Source: an uncultured Verrucomicrobiae bacterium (GTDB lineage Bacteria; Verrucomicrobiota; Verrucomicrobiia; Chthoniobacterales; JAFAMB01). From it: 64,000 bases of DNA. Below the pieces are notes generated by a model. The model was not told the origin of the DNA. It worked only from the letters and a program-made list of their open reading frames with translations, and ran no database searches. The stretch is from the NCBI GenBank assembly GCA_963762565.1, contig CAVXLD010000003.1, positions 320,001-384,000 of the forward strand, given 5' to 3'. A program made the translations under genes and the position numbers. Position 1 is the first letter of the stretch, and every line of letters begins with the position of its first letter. Below are positions 40,661-50,952 of the stretch, in pieces.

Positions 40661-41116
40661 TCACAACCAACGGCGGACTCGTTTGCGGTAGGCATCGTAT
40701 TCCACCCCAAAATGCTCGTGGAGCAGCTGTTCTTCGAACGGGATCAGCCGAAAGTTTATTAGCCCGAAAAAGACAATTGGCGGAATAAGGAACCAAAGCG
40801 ATTCGAACGCGAATAAGCATCCGATAGAGATGAGTAGTAATCCGAGATACATCGGATTCCGAGTAATTCGATAGGGTCCGCTCAGCACCAATTGAGTCGG
40901 TTCTGCTCCCGGTCGAACCGGCGTGCGCCGAGACTTGAACGAGAAAAAACCGGCGGCCGCGGACCCGACTCCGGCCAAAATGAAGAGCGTGGCAATCGCG
41001 CCATGAAATGGGATCGTTAAGAAGGCAATCGGCGCAACGGAAGTCAGCAAAGCGGAGAGCAGGAGCAAAACGAGCATCAAGATAGGAGGTGGCAGGGGGA
41101 TCGGGGGCGACTTCAT
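40661..41116 (-). CDS. Isoprenylcysteine carboxylmethyltransferase (ICMT/PEMT) family membrane protein
   Basis: GPYRITRNPMYLG, EE..L...FG.EY..Y...VRRWL. Confidence 0.9.
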   Translation of the reverse strand: MKSPPIPLPPPILMLVLLLLSALLTSVAPIAFLTIPFHGAIATLFILAGVGSAAAGFFSFKSRRTPVRPGAEPTQLVLSGPYRITRNPMYLGLLLISIGCLFAFESLWFLIPPIVFFGLINFRLIPFEEQLLHEHFGVEYDAYRKRVRRWL

Positions 41117-41181
41117 TGGAGGAAAGGAGTCGAGGAGTTCAAGAAGTTCAAGGAGAGGAGCCAGGAGTCAGGAGGCCGCAG

Positions 41182-41373
41182 CCGTGGAGCGCGCCTCGCT
41201 TGCGAGGCCGTGGTGAACAAGGTTGAAGGGATGGCGGAAACATGAGTTGGCTGCACTCTTGCGTTTATTATAAGGAAGCAACCGGCCACGAAATAGGGCG
41301 CAGACAGAGATAGGATCTGCGTCATGGTGTTCGTTTGCTTACCACGGCCTCGCAAGCGAGGCACGCTCCACGG
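41182..41373. repeat. GCCTCGCAAGCGAGGC-family REPIN
   Basis: Inverted arms CCGTGGAGCGCGCCTCGCTTGCGAGGCCGTGG / CCACGGCCTCGCAAGCGAGGCACGCTCCACGG. Confidence 0.85.
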
Positions 41374-41464
41374 GTCGCGGCGATTCGGGTTCCTGAAGAT
41401 AGTGACAATCTTGTCACAAAATTCTGGTTTTAAGACCCGGGAACCTGATCCTATATGGGCGGCG

Positions 41465-44431
41465 ATGCGCTTAGGATACCCCTTCAAACTGTCAAGGATG
41501 TCAGTGTTGTCTTCTGATCTGCAGAAATTGTTTATCACAGCGGTAGCGCTAACGAGCTGGTCGCTTGCTCTGGCTCAAGCGACAGCCCCGGACCCAACCG
41601 CGCCGGACTCAAACGCCCCAGGCCGCTCGCCCGCCGATGCGGATGATCAACAGCTCGGTCAAATGACGGTTACTGGATATATCGTTCCGCGAATCGGGGA
41701 GGGACCGGAACCGGTCACCACACTCGACCAAGATTTTATTACCAAACAAGGCGATCAAACGACGGCCGATGTCCTGTTGAGATTGCCGCAAAATTTCGCT
41801 GGATTTACTCCGTCATTGAACGCCGGTGAAAGCACGGCCGAGGGGGGCTCTGCAGTGAACCTCTACGGTCTCGGCGCTAATGCGACCTTGGTGCTGATTG
41901 ACGGCCGGAGACAAGCGACCTATCCGTATGCCCAGTTCGGGACCGAAGGCTTTGTTGATCTTAATTCGATTCCCCTGGCTGCGATTGACCGGATTGAAGT
42001 GCTGAAGGACGGCGCGAGTGCGACCTATGGCTCTGACGCGATCGCCGGGGTCGTGAACATCATCTTGAAAGATGAATACACCGGATCAGACCTAAGGTTT
42101 TACTATGGCGAAAGCCGCTACGGCGATGCCAATACCTTTCATATCTCGGCGGTAAGTGGATTCAGCGAAAAACTTAGCGAGAATTCGAAAATCAGCGTGC
42201 TGGCTACGTTCGATTTTTACGATCTGAGTCCCATCTTCTCCCGAGATCGTTCTTATAGTTCGCAGTTGTTGCACTCACAATTCGGGTCGTATTACGACCA
42301 GCCTTTGACCGACAGTTTTGCCGGTTCTTTTGGCGACGCCGCCGGTAACACTTACACGGTCATCCCTGGAACCAAAGGACCGCAGATTACTAAGAATGAT
42401 TTTATCATCAATGGGCCGTCTAACCTGTTAAACACCGTCCAGGGTCTCGAGACCGTCCCCCGGGAAGAGCGGTACGGCACCTACGATAAGATCAAGTACG
42501 ATTTCGCGAATTGGTTGAGGCTGTACGAAGAGTTTTCCTTCCAGCGGAATGAGGAAGTCAATGTCGACTATGCCTCCCAGCCGACTCAGGCGGATCCAAT
42601 CACAATTCCGGCTAACAACCCCTATAATCCCTTCGGGATACCACTTCAGCCACTGGGACAGACCCTCAACGAGGTTGGGCTGCAATCTCAAGATGCAGTG
42701 GTTAAGACCTATCGGACAGTTTCGGGAGTCACGCTGTTCCTGCCAAAGAACTGGACGGTAGACTTTAGCTTTCTCTACGCTGAAAGCGACGGGACAGCTT
42801 ATAGTTCTAATGAGGTCGCCGACTCTAAGCTGAACGAGGCGCTGGCCGGAACCTTACCGGGATACGGCGGCCAGTTTTACAATCCGTTCGTTGACCAAGG
42901 GGCGGTCGCAAATCCCAATGGCGGTCTAGCCAACGGGATTCGGATTACCCAGTTTCAAGATGTGAGAAGCAGCCAATTGACGTGGGCAGTGCGAGGCGGC
43001 GGCGACCTGATTGATTTGCCCAGCGGACCAATCACCTTGGGACTCGGTCTGGAGTATAACAGCCAAGACTATGTTTCGCGAGTGGACCCTTACACAGCAT
43101 CATTTGACGTGGTAGGCCTCGGCGCTGCGATCAACGGAATCGGCAAGCGCTACTGGGAGAGTGCTTATTATGAACTCTCTATTCCCATCCTCGGTAACCG
43201 CTGGTCATGGCCAGGCGCTCGCAGTCTGCAATTCGTTGCTTCCGAAAGGTACGACAACTACAACGATTTCGGCTCAACCGAAAAACCGAAGTTCGCGGTG
43301 CTTTACAAGCCGTTCGACGACCTCACCTTTCGCTTTTCCTACTCTGAGGGATTCCGGGCGCCTTCACTCACCGAGTTGTACAGCGGCACCTCCTTTGCCT
43401 TTGATGATCTGGTCGACCCAAAGAATCCCAGTCTCGGAGAGCAGACCTATGAAGTGCGCCAGTCTGGAAATCCCCATTTAAAACCGGAGACCTCTTATGG
43501 TTACTATGCCGGAGCAGTATGGTCGCCCGGATCCAGTGACCCGCAGCATAGCTGGTGGGGGTGGGCGAATGGCTTCAGCGCTAACATAGAGTATTTTCAG
43601 ATTCAAAGAGGAAACCAGGTCAGTCTACTCGACGCCCAACAACTGCTCAATGAGGAGCAGTTTTTTCCGAACCTAGTGGCCCGCCTACCCAATGGGACGA
43701 TTAAATACATCGACGATCCGTTTGTTAATCTGGGAGAAACGTTAGTCGATGGAATCAGTTTTGGGGCCAGCTATTCGACCAAAGAATACGGCTGGGGGAA
43801 AATCGACCTCGAGACGGACTGGACTTATCTTTATAATTATGCGGTCCAGCCGATCAATAACAACAGCGCCATCGTTTCAGGTTTCGGCACAATTAGTTTG
43901 CAACCGAGTCCGGTGATCCCGGAGCAAGGCACGTTCACCTTGCCGGAGATTAAGTCAACCTCCAGCGCTTTCTACACAAAGACGCTTTTTGGCATTGATA
44001 CGTTTAGAACCGGGCTAACCTTGAACTATGTGGGGCCGGAACATGACCAGTTGGATAACTATTACGGGGTTCTAGGAGGAGCTACAGTACAGCCGAATGG
44101 CTCGGTGCATGAGATCGGCAGTTGGACGACGCTGGATTGGCAAATTTCTTATGAGTTTGGAAAACCGGTTGAGATCACTCCGGAGACTCCGCAACCAGGC
44201 TATGGTAAAGATGGCAAGAGTTTGGCTGGAGAAGCCGCTATCGCCCCCAAGGCTGAAGGAGCGCACAACACCTGGATTCGATACTGGTTAGCGGGCAGCA
44301 AGATTACTTTCGGGATCAATAACGTCTTTGATACGCCACCGCCGTTTGCCGACACCTTCATGGGGTATGATCCGCAGACCGCAACTTCGATTGGTCGTTT
44401 CTTCTATTTTGAGCTGGAGAAGAAGTTTTAA
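41465..44431 (+). CDS. TonB-dependent outer-membrane receptor
   Basis: TVTG TonB-box-like, TLVLIDGRR, IDRIEVLKDGASATYGSDAIAGVVNII plug, C-terminal Phe; start uncertain (41465 or 41498). Confidence 0.92.
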   Translation: MRLGYPFKLSRMSVLSSDLQKLFITAVALTSWSLALAQATAPDPTAPDSNAPGRSPADADDQQLGQMTVTGYIVPRIGEGPEPVTTLDQDFITKQGDQTTADVLLRLPQNFAGFTPSLNAGESTAEGGSAVNLYGLGANATLVLIDGRRQATYPYAQFGTEGFVDLNSIPLAAIDRIEVLKDGASATYGSDAIAGVVNIILKDEYTGSDLRFYYGESRYGDANTFHISAVSGFSEKLSENSKISVLATFDFYDLSPIFSRDRSYSSQLLHSQFGSYYDQPLTDSFAGSFGDAAGNTYTVIPGTKGPQITKNDFIINGPSNLLNTVQGLETVPREERYGTYDKIKYDFANWLRLYEEFSFQRNEEVNVDYASQPTQADPITIPANNPYNPFGIPLQPLGQTLNEVGLQSQDAVVKTYRTVSGVTLFLPKNWTVDFSFLYAESDGTAYSSNEVADSKLNEALAGTLPGYGGQFYNPFVDQGAVANPNGGLANGIRITQFQDVRSSQLTWAVRGGGDLIDLPSGPITLGLGLEYNSQDYVSRVDPYTASFDVVGLGAAINGIGKRYWESAYYELSIPILGNRWSWPGARSLQFVASERYDNYNDFGSTEKPKFAVLYKPFDDLTFRFSYSEGFRAPSLTELYSGTSFAFDDLVDPKNPSLGEQTYEVRQSGNPHLKPETSYGYYAGAVWSPGSSDPQHSWWGWANGFSANIEYFQIQRGNQVSLLDAQQLLNEEQFFPNLVARLPNGTIKYIDDPFVNLGETLVDGISFGASYSTKEYGWGKIDLETDWTYLYNYAVQPINNNSAIVSGFGTISLQPSPVIPEQGTFTLPEIKSTSSAFYTKTLFGIDTFRTGLTLNYVGPEHDQLDNYYGVLGGATVQPNGSVHEIGSWTTLDWQISYEFGKPVEITPETPQPGYGKDGKSLAGEAAIAPKAEGAHNTWIRYWLAGSKITFGINNVFDTPPPFADTFMGYDPQTATSIGRFFYFELEKKF

Positions 44432-44465
44432 AGGCAAGCTCGCTTAAGATCTTAGGGCTGATCAG

Positions 44466-44698
44466 CGCCCAATGCCTGGAGGGGAGCCGCTTTGTAGGTT
44501 AGCAAGTCTATCAGTTGCTATCAGGCGGCTCCCGAGCATTACCCAGCGCGTCTCAGCTTCATCGGATCCGGTCGTAAGCAGACCACGAGAGCCAGAGCCG
44601 CTGGACAAACTGAACCAGCGGTAATTCCCGGGAGCCGCCTGCTGCCAACCGATAGACCTTGCCAACCTACAAAGCGGCTCCCCTCCAGATATTGGGCG
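44466..44698. repeat. Four-armed REPIN-like element, copy F
   Basis: Arms as in copy A; between convergent genes. Confidence 0.85.
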
Positions 44699-44708
44699 TT
44701 GATCGATC

Positions 44709-44987
44709 TTATTGTCCTGCAAGCGGACTCGGCGCGCTACCAAGATCGATAGCGGTGATCGTGTCGAAAAAGAGAAGGCGCTGGCGGGAGCCTTTCCCGA
44801 ACACGATAAAGCACTGAGCTCTTTCTTCTTCGGCCTGCAGGACACCGTCCTCGTCAGTTTCGGGGAAGAAGGAAATGTGATCGGGCGTCGGCACCTTATA
44901 TCGCTCACCGCTGGCGGTCACAAGAGTGAACGGGATAAAAGGCGGCTTCGTCGCGACCTCGCGAATCTCTCTCTCTTTCGGGTGCAT
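44709..44987 (-). CDS. Small hypothetical protein
   Basis: PFIPFTLVTASGERYKVPTPDHI pattern typical of small PVC-group proteins; TTGCAA-N16-TATACT promoter-like sequence 10 nt upstream. Confidence 0.6.
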   Translation of the reverse strand: MHPKEREIREVATKPPFIPFTLVTASGERYKVPTPDHISFFPETDEDGVLQAEEERAQCFIVFGKGSRQRLLFFDTITAIDLGSAPSPLAGQ

Positions 44988-45095
44988 GGCCGCAACCAGT
45001 ATAGAAAGGGTTTGCTGTCTTGCAAGATCTTAATAACATAATGCATAAAAGTTGTATGCCGGGTGGATTGCTAGCGGCCAGCGCTTCGCGAATAG

Positions 45096-45227
45096 GGGAG
45101 GGCGCGCGTCCCCGCGCGCCGCGAGAACGTGGCACAACTTAAAGGTGTAATTTACCGGTGGATTAAAACGGGCGCTCGGCTTCGGTCACAATCGTGCAGC
45201 CGCCGGACGAGGACGCGATCCCTCCCG
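45096..45227. repeat. REPIN-like pair GGGAGGGCGCGCGTCC ... GGACGCGATCCCTCCC
   Basis: Related arms also at about 50842-50951 and 61897-61985. Confidence 0.65.
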
Positions 45228-45339
45228 GCGATGGGCCTACGCACATTCCAAGAACGAAGCGCCTAACGAGTGGCATCCCGAAGTCGTTGCGAAGCGCCAC
45301 CGTAGTTGCGTTTGGTTTTTGGGCACGCCAGTTTGTGAC

Positions 45340-45804
45340 ATGACCCCTGATAGCGCTTGGTTAGAGGAACTTCGAAAGAGAGTATCTGCTGCCGCTCCTC
45401 GAATTCAAAAACTGCAAGGAATTGCCGTACTGATCCTAAACACCGGCAACTACCGTTGGGTTGGTCTTTATGAAATAGACAGACAAGCGGGTGAAGTGGT
45501 GAACTTGGTCTGGGATGGAACAGGTGTGCCGGAATATCCCCGGTTCCCGATTGGCAAAGGCCTGACAGGCGCCGCGATTCAACAGCGAAGAGTCATCAAT
45601 GTTGGCGACGTGGCCGCGGATCCACGTTACTTGACGGCATTCGATTCAACTCGTTCTGAAATCATCGTGCCGATTCTTGATGGCCAAGGGGAGAAGGTTA
45701 TTGGAACAATCGACGTGGAAAGCGAGCGGACGAACGCCTTTGATGAACAAACCGAACAGCTCCTGATGAGCTGTGCGGAAGTGATTGCCCCGTTGTGGAA
45801 GTAG
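45340..45804 (+). CDS. GAF-domain protein (MsrC/YebR-like)
   Basis: YRWVGLY, IGKGLTG, VGDV..DPRYL, TRSEIIVP, IDVES, AF. Confidence 0.85.
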   Translation: MTPDSAWLEELRKRVSAAAPRIQKLQGIAVLILNTGNYRWVGLYEIDRQAGEVVNLVWDGTGVPEYPRFPIGKGLTGAAIQQRRVINVGDVAADPRYLTAFDSTRSEIIVPILDGQGEKVIGTIDVESERTNAFDEQTEQLLMSCAEVIAPLWK

Positions 45805-45832
45805 AGGGTTGGCTCCCGGCACCGTTATCCTC

Positions 45833-46699
45833 TTACGGCTTACGCCTCTCGGGATTGCGGCACCAGGCTGCTACCAGTCCGATCCAGGGTACAACCGTGT
45901 TTGACATCGCAACCTCGTTTTGCAGCCGCTCTTGGAGCGTATCAAGATCGCCCAGAGCCTCGATGGATAAGGTGAGCTTTTGAATTTGTGGAAGGACGCT
46001 TCGTAGGGAATCAGAAACCCATCGAGTGAAGTCTGGATCACTTGCCAACTCTATTTCCAACCGCATATGCGGGGCTGGCAGCCCGGCATCTTGGAAGGCT
46101 TTGTGCAAACCGGGGCCCATCTCCAAATTCACGCCGGCACGGATCCCTGTCTCGTGGAGTAACGAAACACTCGCGTACCAAAGAGGCAAGTGCCTCGAAA
46201 GCGCAAGAAATGGGATCCAGGATCCTTCTTGAAACGGAAGAATGCCGCCAGGACGAATTCGTTGCGCTACAGAACGCAACGCGTCGACCGGGTCGGGAAG
46301 AAACTGTAGAATGTAACGACCAACTGCTGCATCAAAGATTAAGTGTGTCGAATACTCGGTCAGATCGGTTTGCACAAATTCAATGTTGCCCAGACCTGCG
46401 TCCGCGGCCCGAGCCCGAGCCCGGTTAATCGTACGGCCGTCCCGCTCGATCGCTACTACCTTTCCCGAAGGACCTACTATCCTGGCGACGAGCATAGCTA
46501 CGTCGCCGACCCCTGCGCCAAGATCTAAGACCAGTTGCCCAGATCCGATCCCCGCTTCTCGGAAAAATCGCTCGGTAACCGGAGCAAGCCGGATACCTTG
46601 GCGGATCAGTCGCTCGTGTTCTGCGTCGGTGTTGCCAAGGTGATAGTCGGTATAGCATTTGTCAGACGACATAGGCGCGGGGGCATTATCCTCAGACAT
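45833..46699 (-). CDS. Class I SAM-dependent methyltransferase
   Basis: EHERL..Q, VLDLGAGVGDV, FDAAVGR. Confidence 0.88.
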   Translation of the reverse strand: MSEDNAPAPMSSDKCYTDYHLGNTDAEHERLIRQGIRLAPVTERFFREAGIGSGQLVLDLGAGVGDVAMLVARIVGPSGKVVAIERDGRTINRARARAADAGLGNIEFVQTDLTEYSTHLIFDAAVGRYILQFLPDPVDALRSVAQRIRPGGILPFQEGSWIPFLALSRHLPLWYASVSLLHETGIRAGVNLEMGPGLHKAFQDAGLPAPHMRLEIELASDPDFTRWVSDSLRSVLPQIQKLTLSIEALGDLDTLQERLQNEVAMSNTVVPWIGLVAAWCRNPERRKP

Positions 46700-46875
46700 G
46701 GGGCGAAATCGGGCAGATGGCAGGCGGACTTTTATACCAACTTACTGTATCGAAGACATTTACCAAGAATCTGACTAGCCCCTTTTTCTCACACGTGTAA
46801 ATCCCCGGACGTTCGAGCTTAAGCTGGCAATCCGCGCTGGCTTTTGTTTCACTTTTGCTTCTAGGGAGCTTTCGA

Positions 46876-47655
46876 ATGCACTACCGTGAATCACTGCCAT
46901 CATTCGGCTTGGCCCCTTTGGTCTTGTCGTTTTGGGAATTCGCGGTATCCGAGACAGTGCCGGGACCGCGTTACCACTACGTTTTTCCGGACGGTTGCAC
47001 CTTGTTATCCTACTGTGGAAAGTCCATGCGTTTAGCGCCAGGACTAAAGGTTATCGGACCCACCATCAGGTCTCGAGTGGTACCCGTACGGCCTGGAGAA
47101 GTGTGGTGGGGCGTCCGGCTTCAACCGGCCGCAGTTCAAGCCGTCACCGGCTGCGCACCTTGCATACTGCGGGATAGGGCGGAGTCCGGTGCTGTTATTA
47201 GTCCAGAACTTGACCGTGCGTTGCTCTACGCACTTGAGGGCAGCAAATGTTTTGCCGATGCCATCATTGGGTATGAACAGGTCCTGGGCACGCTTCTCCG
47301 CCAGCACATTGATGGTAAAGTTGCTGCCGCGGCGCATTTCATCGACAACACCGGCGGTAGAGCCAAGATAGAAGAGGTAGCGCTGGCTGTTGGGCTCAGC
47401 GAGCGCCAACTGCAGAGGCGTTTCAACCAAGCCGTTGGATTGACGCCCAAACAGTTTGCCCGTGTCCGGCGCTTACGAAGCACAACGGTCGCAATGCTTG
47501 GTAGGGAGCTAACAGACTGGGCTGGCCTGGCTGCCGACGCGGGTTATACCGATCAGTCCCACCTGACCCACGAGTTGAACGCGCTAACCGGACACCTGCC
47601 TACATCGTTTGAACGAAGGGTACGCAGGATCGAACACGGCTTTCTGCGCCGCTGA
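46876..47655 (+). CDS. AraC-family regulator (DUF6597-type N-domain)
   Basis: VFPDGC; LSERQLQRRF...VGLTPK; AGYTDQSHL. Confidence 0.9.
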   Translation: MHYRESLPSFGLAPLVLSFWEFAVSETVPGPRYHYVFPDGCTLLSYCGKSMRLAPGLKVIGPTIRSRVVPVRPGEVWWGVRLQPAAVQAVTGCAPCILRDRAESGAVISPELDRALLYALEGSKCFADAIIGYEQVLGTLLRQHIDGKVAAAAHFIDNTGGRAKIEEVALAVGLSERQLQRRFNQAVGLTPKQFARVRRLRSTTVAMLGRELTDWAGLAADAGYTDQSHLTHELNALTGHLPTSFERRVRRIEHGFLRR

Positions 47656-47714
47656 ACCGTAACGTGTCGCAAATCTACAAGACGATTGCTGCCCGGTGTG
47701 CTAGCTCGGCAGCG

Positions 47715-48254
47715 ATGAAGACGATCATAGCGCTGCTTTCTCTTTGTTTCTTGTGGTCCTCTGGATTTTCTCAGGACAACGAGTCAACGCAGTTAACGGA
47801 GATGAGAAAGCTGGCCTTCCTCGTTGGTCAGTGGGAAGGCACTGGATATTTCGAATACGCTCCAGGACAGCGCCGGGCGTTTACCGAAAGGGAGAATGTC
47901 CAGATGAAGCTCGGCGGATTGATGCTGGTTTTTGAGGGCTCAGGTCAGAGCAAGGGTGCAAACGGAGAAGCGATCACTGTGCATAGCGCTCTCGCTCTCG
48001 CCCACTATGACGATCAATCTCACACTTTCCGGTGGCAAGCCTACCGCGCCGACCGAGGCTCCTTATCAACCGTAGAGACCGAAGCCGAGGTCGCCGATCA
48101 AACGTTGGAGTGGGGCTATCAGGATAACCGTGGCGGACGGGTGCGGTTTACCATAAAACTGGATCAAACAGGAGCGTGGTCCGAGACCGGGGAGAGCAGC
48201 TCGGACGGCCAGAATTGGCGCACTTTCATGGAGATGACCCTAAAGCACCTCTGA
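47715..48254 (+). CDS. Exported DUF1579-like beta-barrel protein
   Basis: Signal peptide; LAFLVGQWEGTG, W.E.GE.S.DG..W..FMEMTL. Confidence 0.7.
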   Translation: MKTIIALLSLCFLWSSGFSQDNESTQLTEMRKLAFLVGQWEGTGYFEYAPGQRRAFTERENVQMKLGGLMLVFEGSGQSKGANGEAITVHSALALAHYDDQSHTFRWQAYRADRGSLSTVETEAEVADQTLEWGYQDNRGGRVRFTIKLDQTGAWSETGESSSDGQNWRTFMEMTLKHL

Positions 48255-48316
48255 TGAGAATTGGTCGAGTCGATCAAGAATTGTGAATGACCCTTTGTGC
48301 GAGGTTTTTTCGCACC

Positions 48317-48559
48317 GGCGAGGTGCGCTCCAGGGTGTCGACCGCTGTCGGCCTCGCAAGCGAGGCAAGCGCTCCACGGGTGGCGACCCCTTTCGGCCTC
48401 GCAAGCGAGGCAGCGCTCCACGGGTGGCGACCCCTTTCGGCCTCGCAAGCGAGGCAGCGCTCCGCGGGTGGCGACCCCTTTCGGCCTCGCAAGCGAGGCA
48501 CGCTCCACGGGTTGCGACCCCTTTCGGCCTTGCAAGCGAGGCACGCTCCACGGGTTGCG
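48317..48559 (+). repeat. Head-to-tail array of five 43-45 bp REP units
   Basis: Unit GGCCTCGCAAGCGAGGCA(A/G)CGCTCCACGGGTGGCGACCCCTTTC starting at 48350, 48395, 48439, 48483 and 48526. Confidence 0.92.
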
Positions 48560-48561
48560 CG

Positions 48562-50217
48562 CTATCCGCCTTTGGCAAATTGGCGGGCGATTTCTTGACT
48601 CAGCGGGAGCTCGTAATCACCATTGATCCGGACATCCACAACCACAGGGCCTTCTTCGACCGCTAATGCGGCATCGATTCGGTCAAGCTCCTCCGGGTGG
48701 GTGACCCGGAAACCTTTGGCGCCGAAACCTTCCGCCAAGCGATCGAAGTCTGGTTGCGGAGTGTCAGCCAGTGTAGGATCGATCTCTTTACGCACGAGAT
48801 CGTGTTTCTCCTGACCGACAGCCTGATCGTTGAGAATGATGACCGTGAGAGGAAGGTGGAACGCGACTGCCGTATAAAAATCAGCCACGTTCATCATGAA
48901 AGCCGCATCGGCGGTGACATGAGTGACGCGTTCTCCGGGCCGGGCGAAACAAGCTCCAATGGCGATGGATAACCCTTGTCCGATCGATCCGAAATCCCAG
49001 CCGTTGCCCCAGCTGTCGGCATTGGGCGAGGTAAGAATTTGTTGAGAGACTAAACCGGCGTGGCCACCGTCGATCACGATGATCCGGTCGCGTTTTGGCA
49101 GTCTATCCTCCACATACCAAACCGCGCGCCGGGGATCGACCGAACCACCATCTTCAAAATCGGGGCGAACGAAAGAGAACTGCTTTATCTTTTGGATGGT
49201 CTGATCGTCAGGTTGGCGAGGAGCAGTCCGGGTCTCTTGGAGCCTCTTCAGTAGAGCCAGCAGAGCGATGCGGGCATCTCCTTCCAGGCCGACATCGACC
49301 GGCGTGTAAAAACCGAAAGCGTTATGTCGCCGGTCTATCTGAATCACTTTTTTATTTTGTAGGACGGCGCGGTTTTGTGTGGTCCAAGGATTAAGACTGG
49401 CGCCAATCGCGATCGCAAGGTCGGCTTCATTCAAGACGTCGTTCGCCAGGCCGGTGCCGAGGCCGCCGCTTACGCCCAAATAGAGTGAGTAATCGGAACA
49501 CATCCCCTTTGCGGGCAAGGTCACGGCAACGGGAGCACCGAGGTATTTTGCCAGCGCTAACACTTCGGGTTCGGCATGGGCGGCGCGCGCGCCTAACCCG
49601 CAAATGATCACCGGCCGGTTAGCGCCCTCTATCATTTTTGCGGCGGCTTCCAGATCGTCGGCCCCCGGTGGTTGCGGCTCCGGTGCTTTGTAGACCGGAC
49701 GATAGCTCCAGTCTGGAATAGGAACATCGGCTGCCTGTATATCTTGGGGTAGATTCAGTACGAACGGACCTTCTTTCGCCCTGAGATGTCTAAACGCTTC
49801 TCCCAGAACGTAATCGACTGCTTTCGGGTGATTCAATACGACGCCCGCTTGGGTCGCTTGAATGGCCATCGCATTCTGGTCCACTAATCCTTGCATGTTG
49901 AATGGATCACTAAGCGGTGCGTGCCCCGCCAACATCAGTAAGGGGGTGCGATGAGCGCGAGCCGCCACTAACGACGTGATGGAATTAGTGAACCCAGGTC
50001 CTTGCGTAACCGTGGCAATGCCTATCTTCCCGCTCACTCGAGCATAACCGTCTGCCATGGAGGTCGCGCTCTGCTCATGTTTCGCTTGGACGAACTTAAA
50101 GCCGTACTTGCCGCAAAGCTCGCCAATCAGATACATGTTCGCATTGCCCATCACACCGAAAATGGTGTCAGCGCCTTCCTTGTGAATTGCTTCAGCAATC
50201 GCCGCGTACACTTTCAT
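48562..50217 (-). CDS. Thiamine-diphosphate-dependent enzyme (ALS/decarboxylase superfamily)
   Basis: KHEQSATSMADGYAR, TQGPGFTN, FGSIGQG, ADAAFMM...LND ThDP motif variant. Confidence 0.88.
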   Translation of the reverse strand: MKVYAAIAEAIHKEGADTIFGVMGNANMYLIGELCGKYGFKFVQAKHEQSATSMADGYARVSGKIGIATVTQGPGFTNSITSLVAARAHRTPLLMLAGHAPLSDPFNMQGLVDQNAMAIQATQAGVVLNHPKAVDYVLGEAFRHLRAKEGPFVLNLPQDIQAADVPIPDWSYRPVYKAPEPQPPGADDLEAAAKMIEGANRPVIICGLGARAAHAEPEVLALAKYLGAPVAVTLPAKGMCSDYSLYLGVSGGLGTGLANDVLNEADLAIAIGASLNPWTTQNRAVLQNKKVIQIDRRHNAFGFYTPVDVGLEGDARIALLALLKRLQETRTAPRQPDDQTIQKIKQFSFVRPDFEDGGSVDPRRAVWYVEDRLPKRDRIIVIDGGHAGLVSQQILTSPNADSWGNGWDFGSIGQGLSIAIGACFARPGERVTHVTADAAFMMNVADFYTAVAFHLPLTVIILNDQAVGQEKHDLVRKEIDPTLADTPQPDFDRLAEGFGAKGFRVTHPEELDRIDAALAVEEGPVVVDVRINGDYELPLSQEIARQFAKGG

Positions 50218-50288
50218 AGGGGACTTGGACTATAACCATCGCGGATACCGAATGCATCGGGAAAACGTCTCTTGGGCGCATCTGGCCT

Positions 50289-50366
50289 TCGTCCTCGTCG
50301 TCGTCCTCGTCCTCGGATCCGGTCGCGCGGAGTGATGGAGTCTTGGAGTGCCGGAGTGTTGGAGTA
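50289..50366. repeat. Hexamer (CTCGTC)n + octamer (GGAGTGAT/GGAGTGTT)n composite
   Basis: Same composite at 54638-54726 and within paaD at about 60141-60304. Confidence 0.75.
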
Positions 50367-50541
50367 AATCGCCAAGTCGGACTCACATGCAGCGATTTGC
50401 GAGGATTGGAGTCGCACATCCGCAGCACACTGCATTATAGAAATTATGCGCAATATGGATTGACTTCTTAATTGTGGTTTATACAACGGCCTTCGTTTTC
50501 CACCTAACACAGGAATTAGGAACTCAGGAGAGGAACTAGGG

Positions 50542-50820
50542 ATGCTTAAAGAACAGCTTTTGATTCTACCGTTTATCACCGAGCAGGCATTCTGGTCAGT
50601 CCAGCTCGAAAAACTCGGGGTCGCCGCGCCGCATTTGAATCGCGATACGGTCACGACCGAACAGCTTGCCTCCGGCATAAGTCGCGTTCAGAACCGGACC
50701 ATGAGGGAAAGAGCAGCGGCGCTCGGCCAAGAAATTCGCGCCGAGAACGGTGTTGAAACCGCGATCGACCACCTGAAGTCCTGGGGTTTGTTAGGTGCAA
50801 CGGACTTGGCTGTCCGGTAG
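50542..50820 (+). pseudogene. C-terminal fragment of a GT1 (sterol/rhamnosyl-type) glycosyltransferase
   Basis: LPFITEQAFW...LGVA...AAALGQEIRAENGV matches a GT1 C-terminus; HHGG motif and N-domain absent. Confidence 0.6.
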
Positions 50821-50952
50821 CGGGGAGCGTGGGATGGATCGCGTCCTCGCGATCCGCCGTTCGCCAAGCCCAGCGTGTTCTCAACCAAGGGGTTAGCCGA
50901 GCATAGGGTGTTGCATCGCCGTCACAGCGCGCGAGGACGCGCGCCCTCCCGG

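Noticed and set aside
41324..41464. Extended N-terminus of the TonB receptor
   Set aside because: It begins within a REP arm; the signal peptide fits a later start
48317..48559. CRISPR array
   Set aside because: The inter-palindrome segments are essentially identical (no unique spacers), no cas genes are present, and the unit is a dispersed REP family
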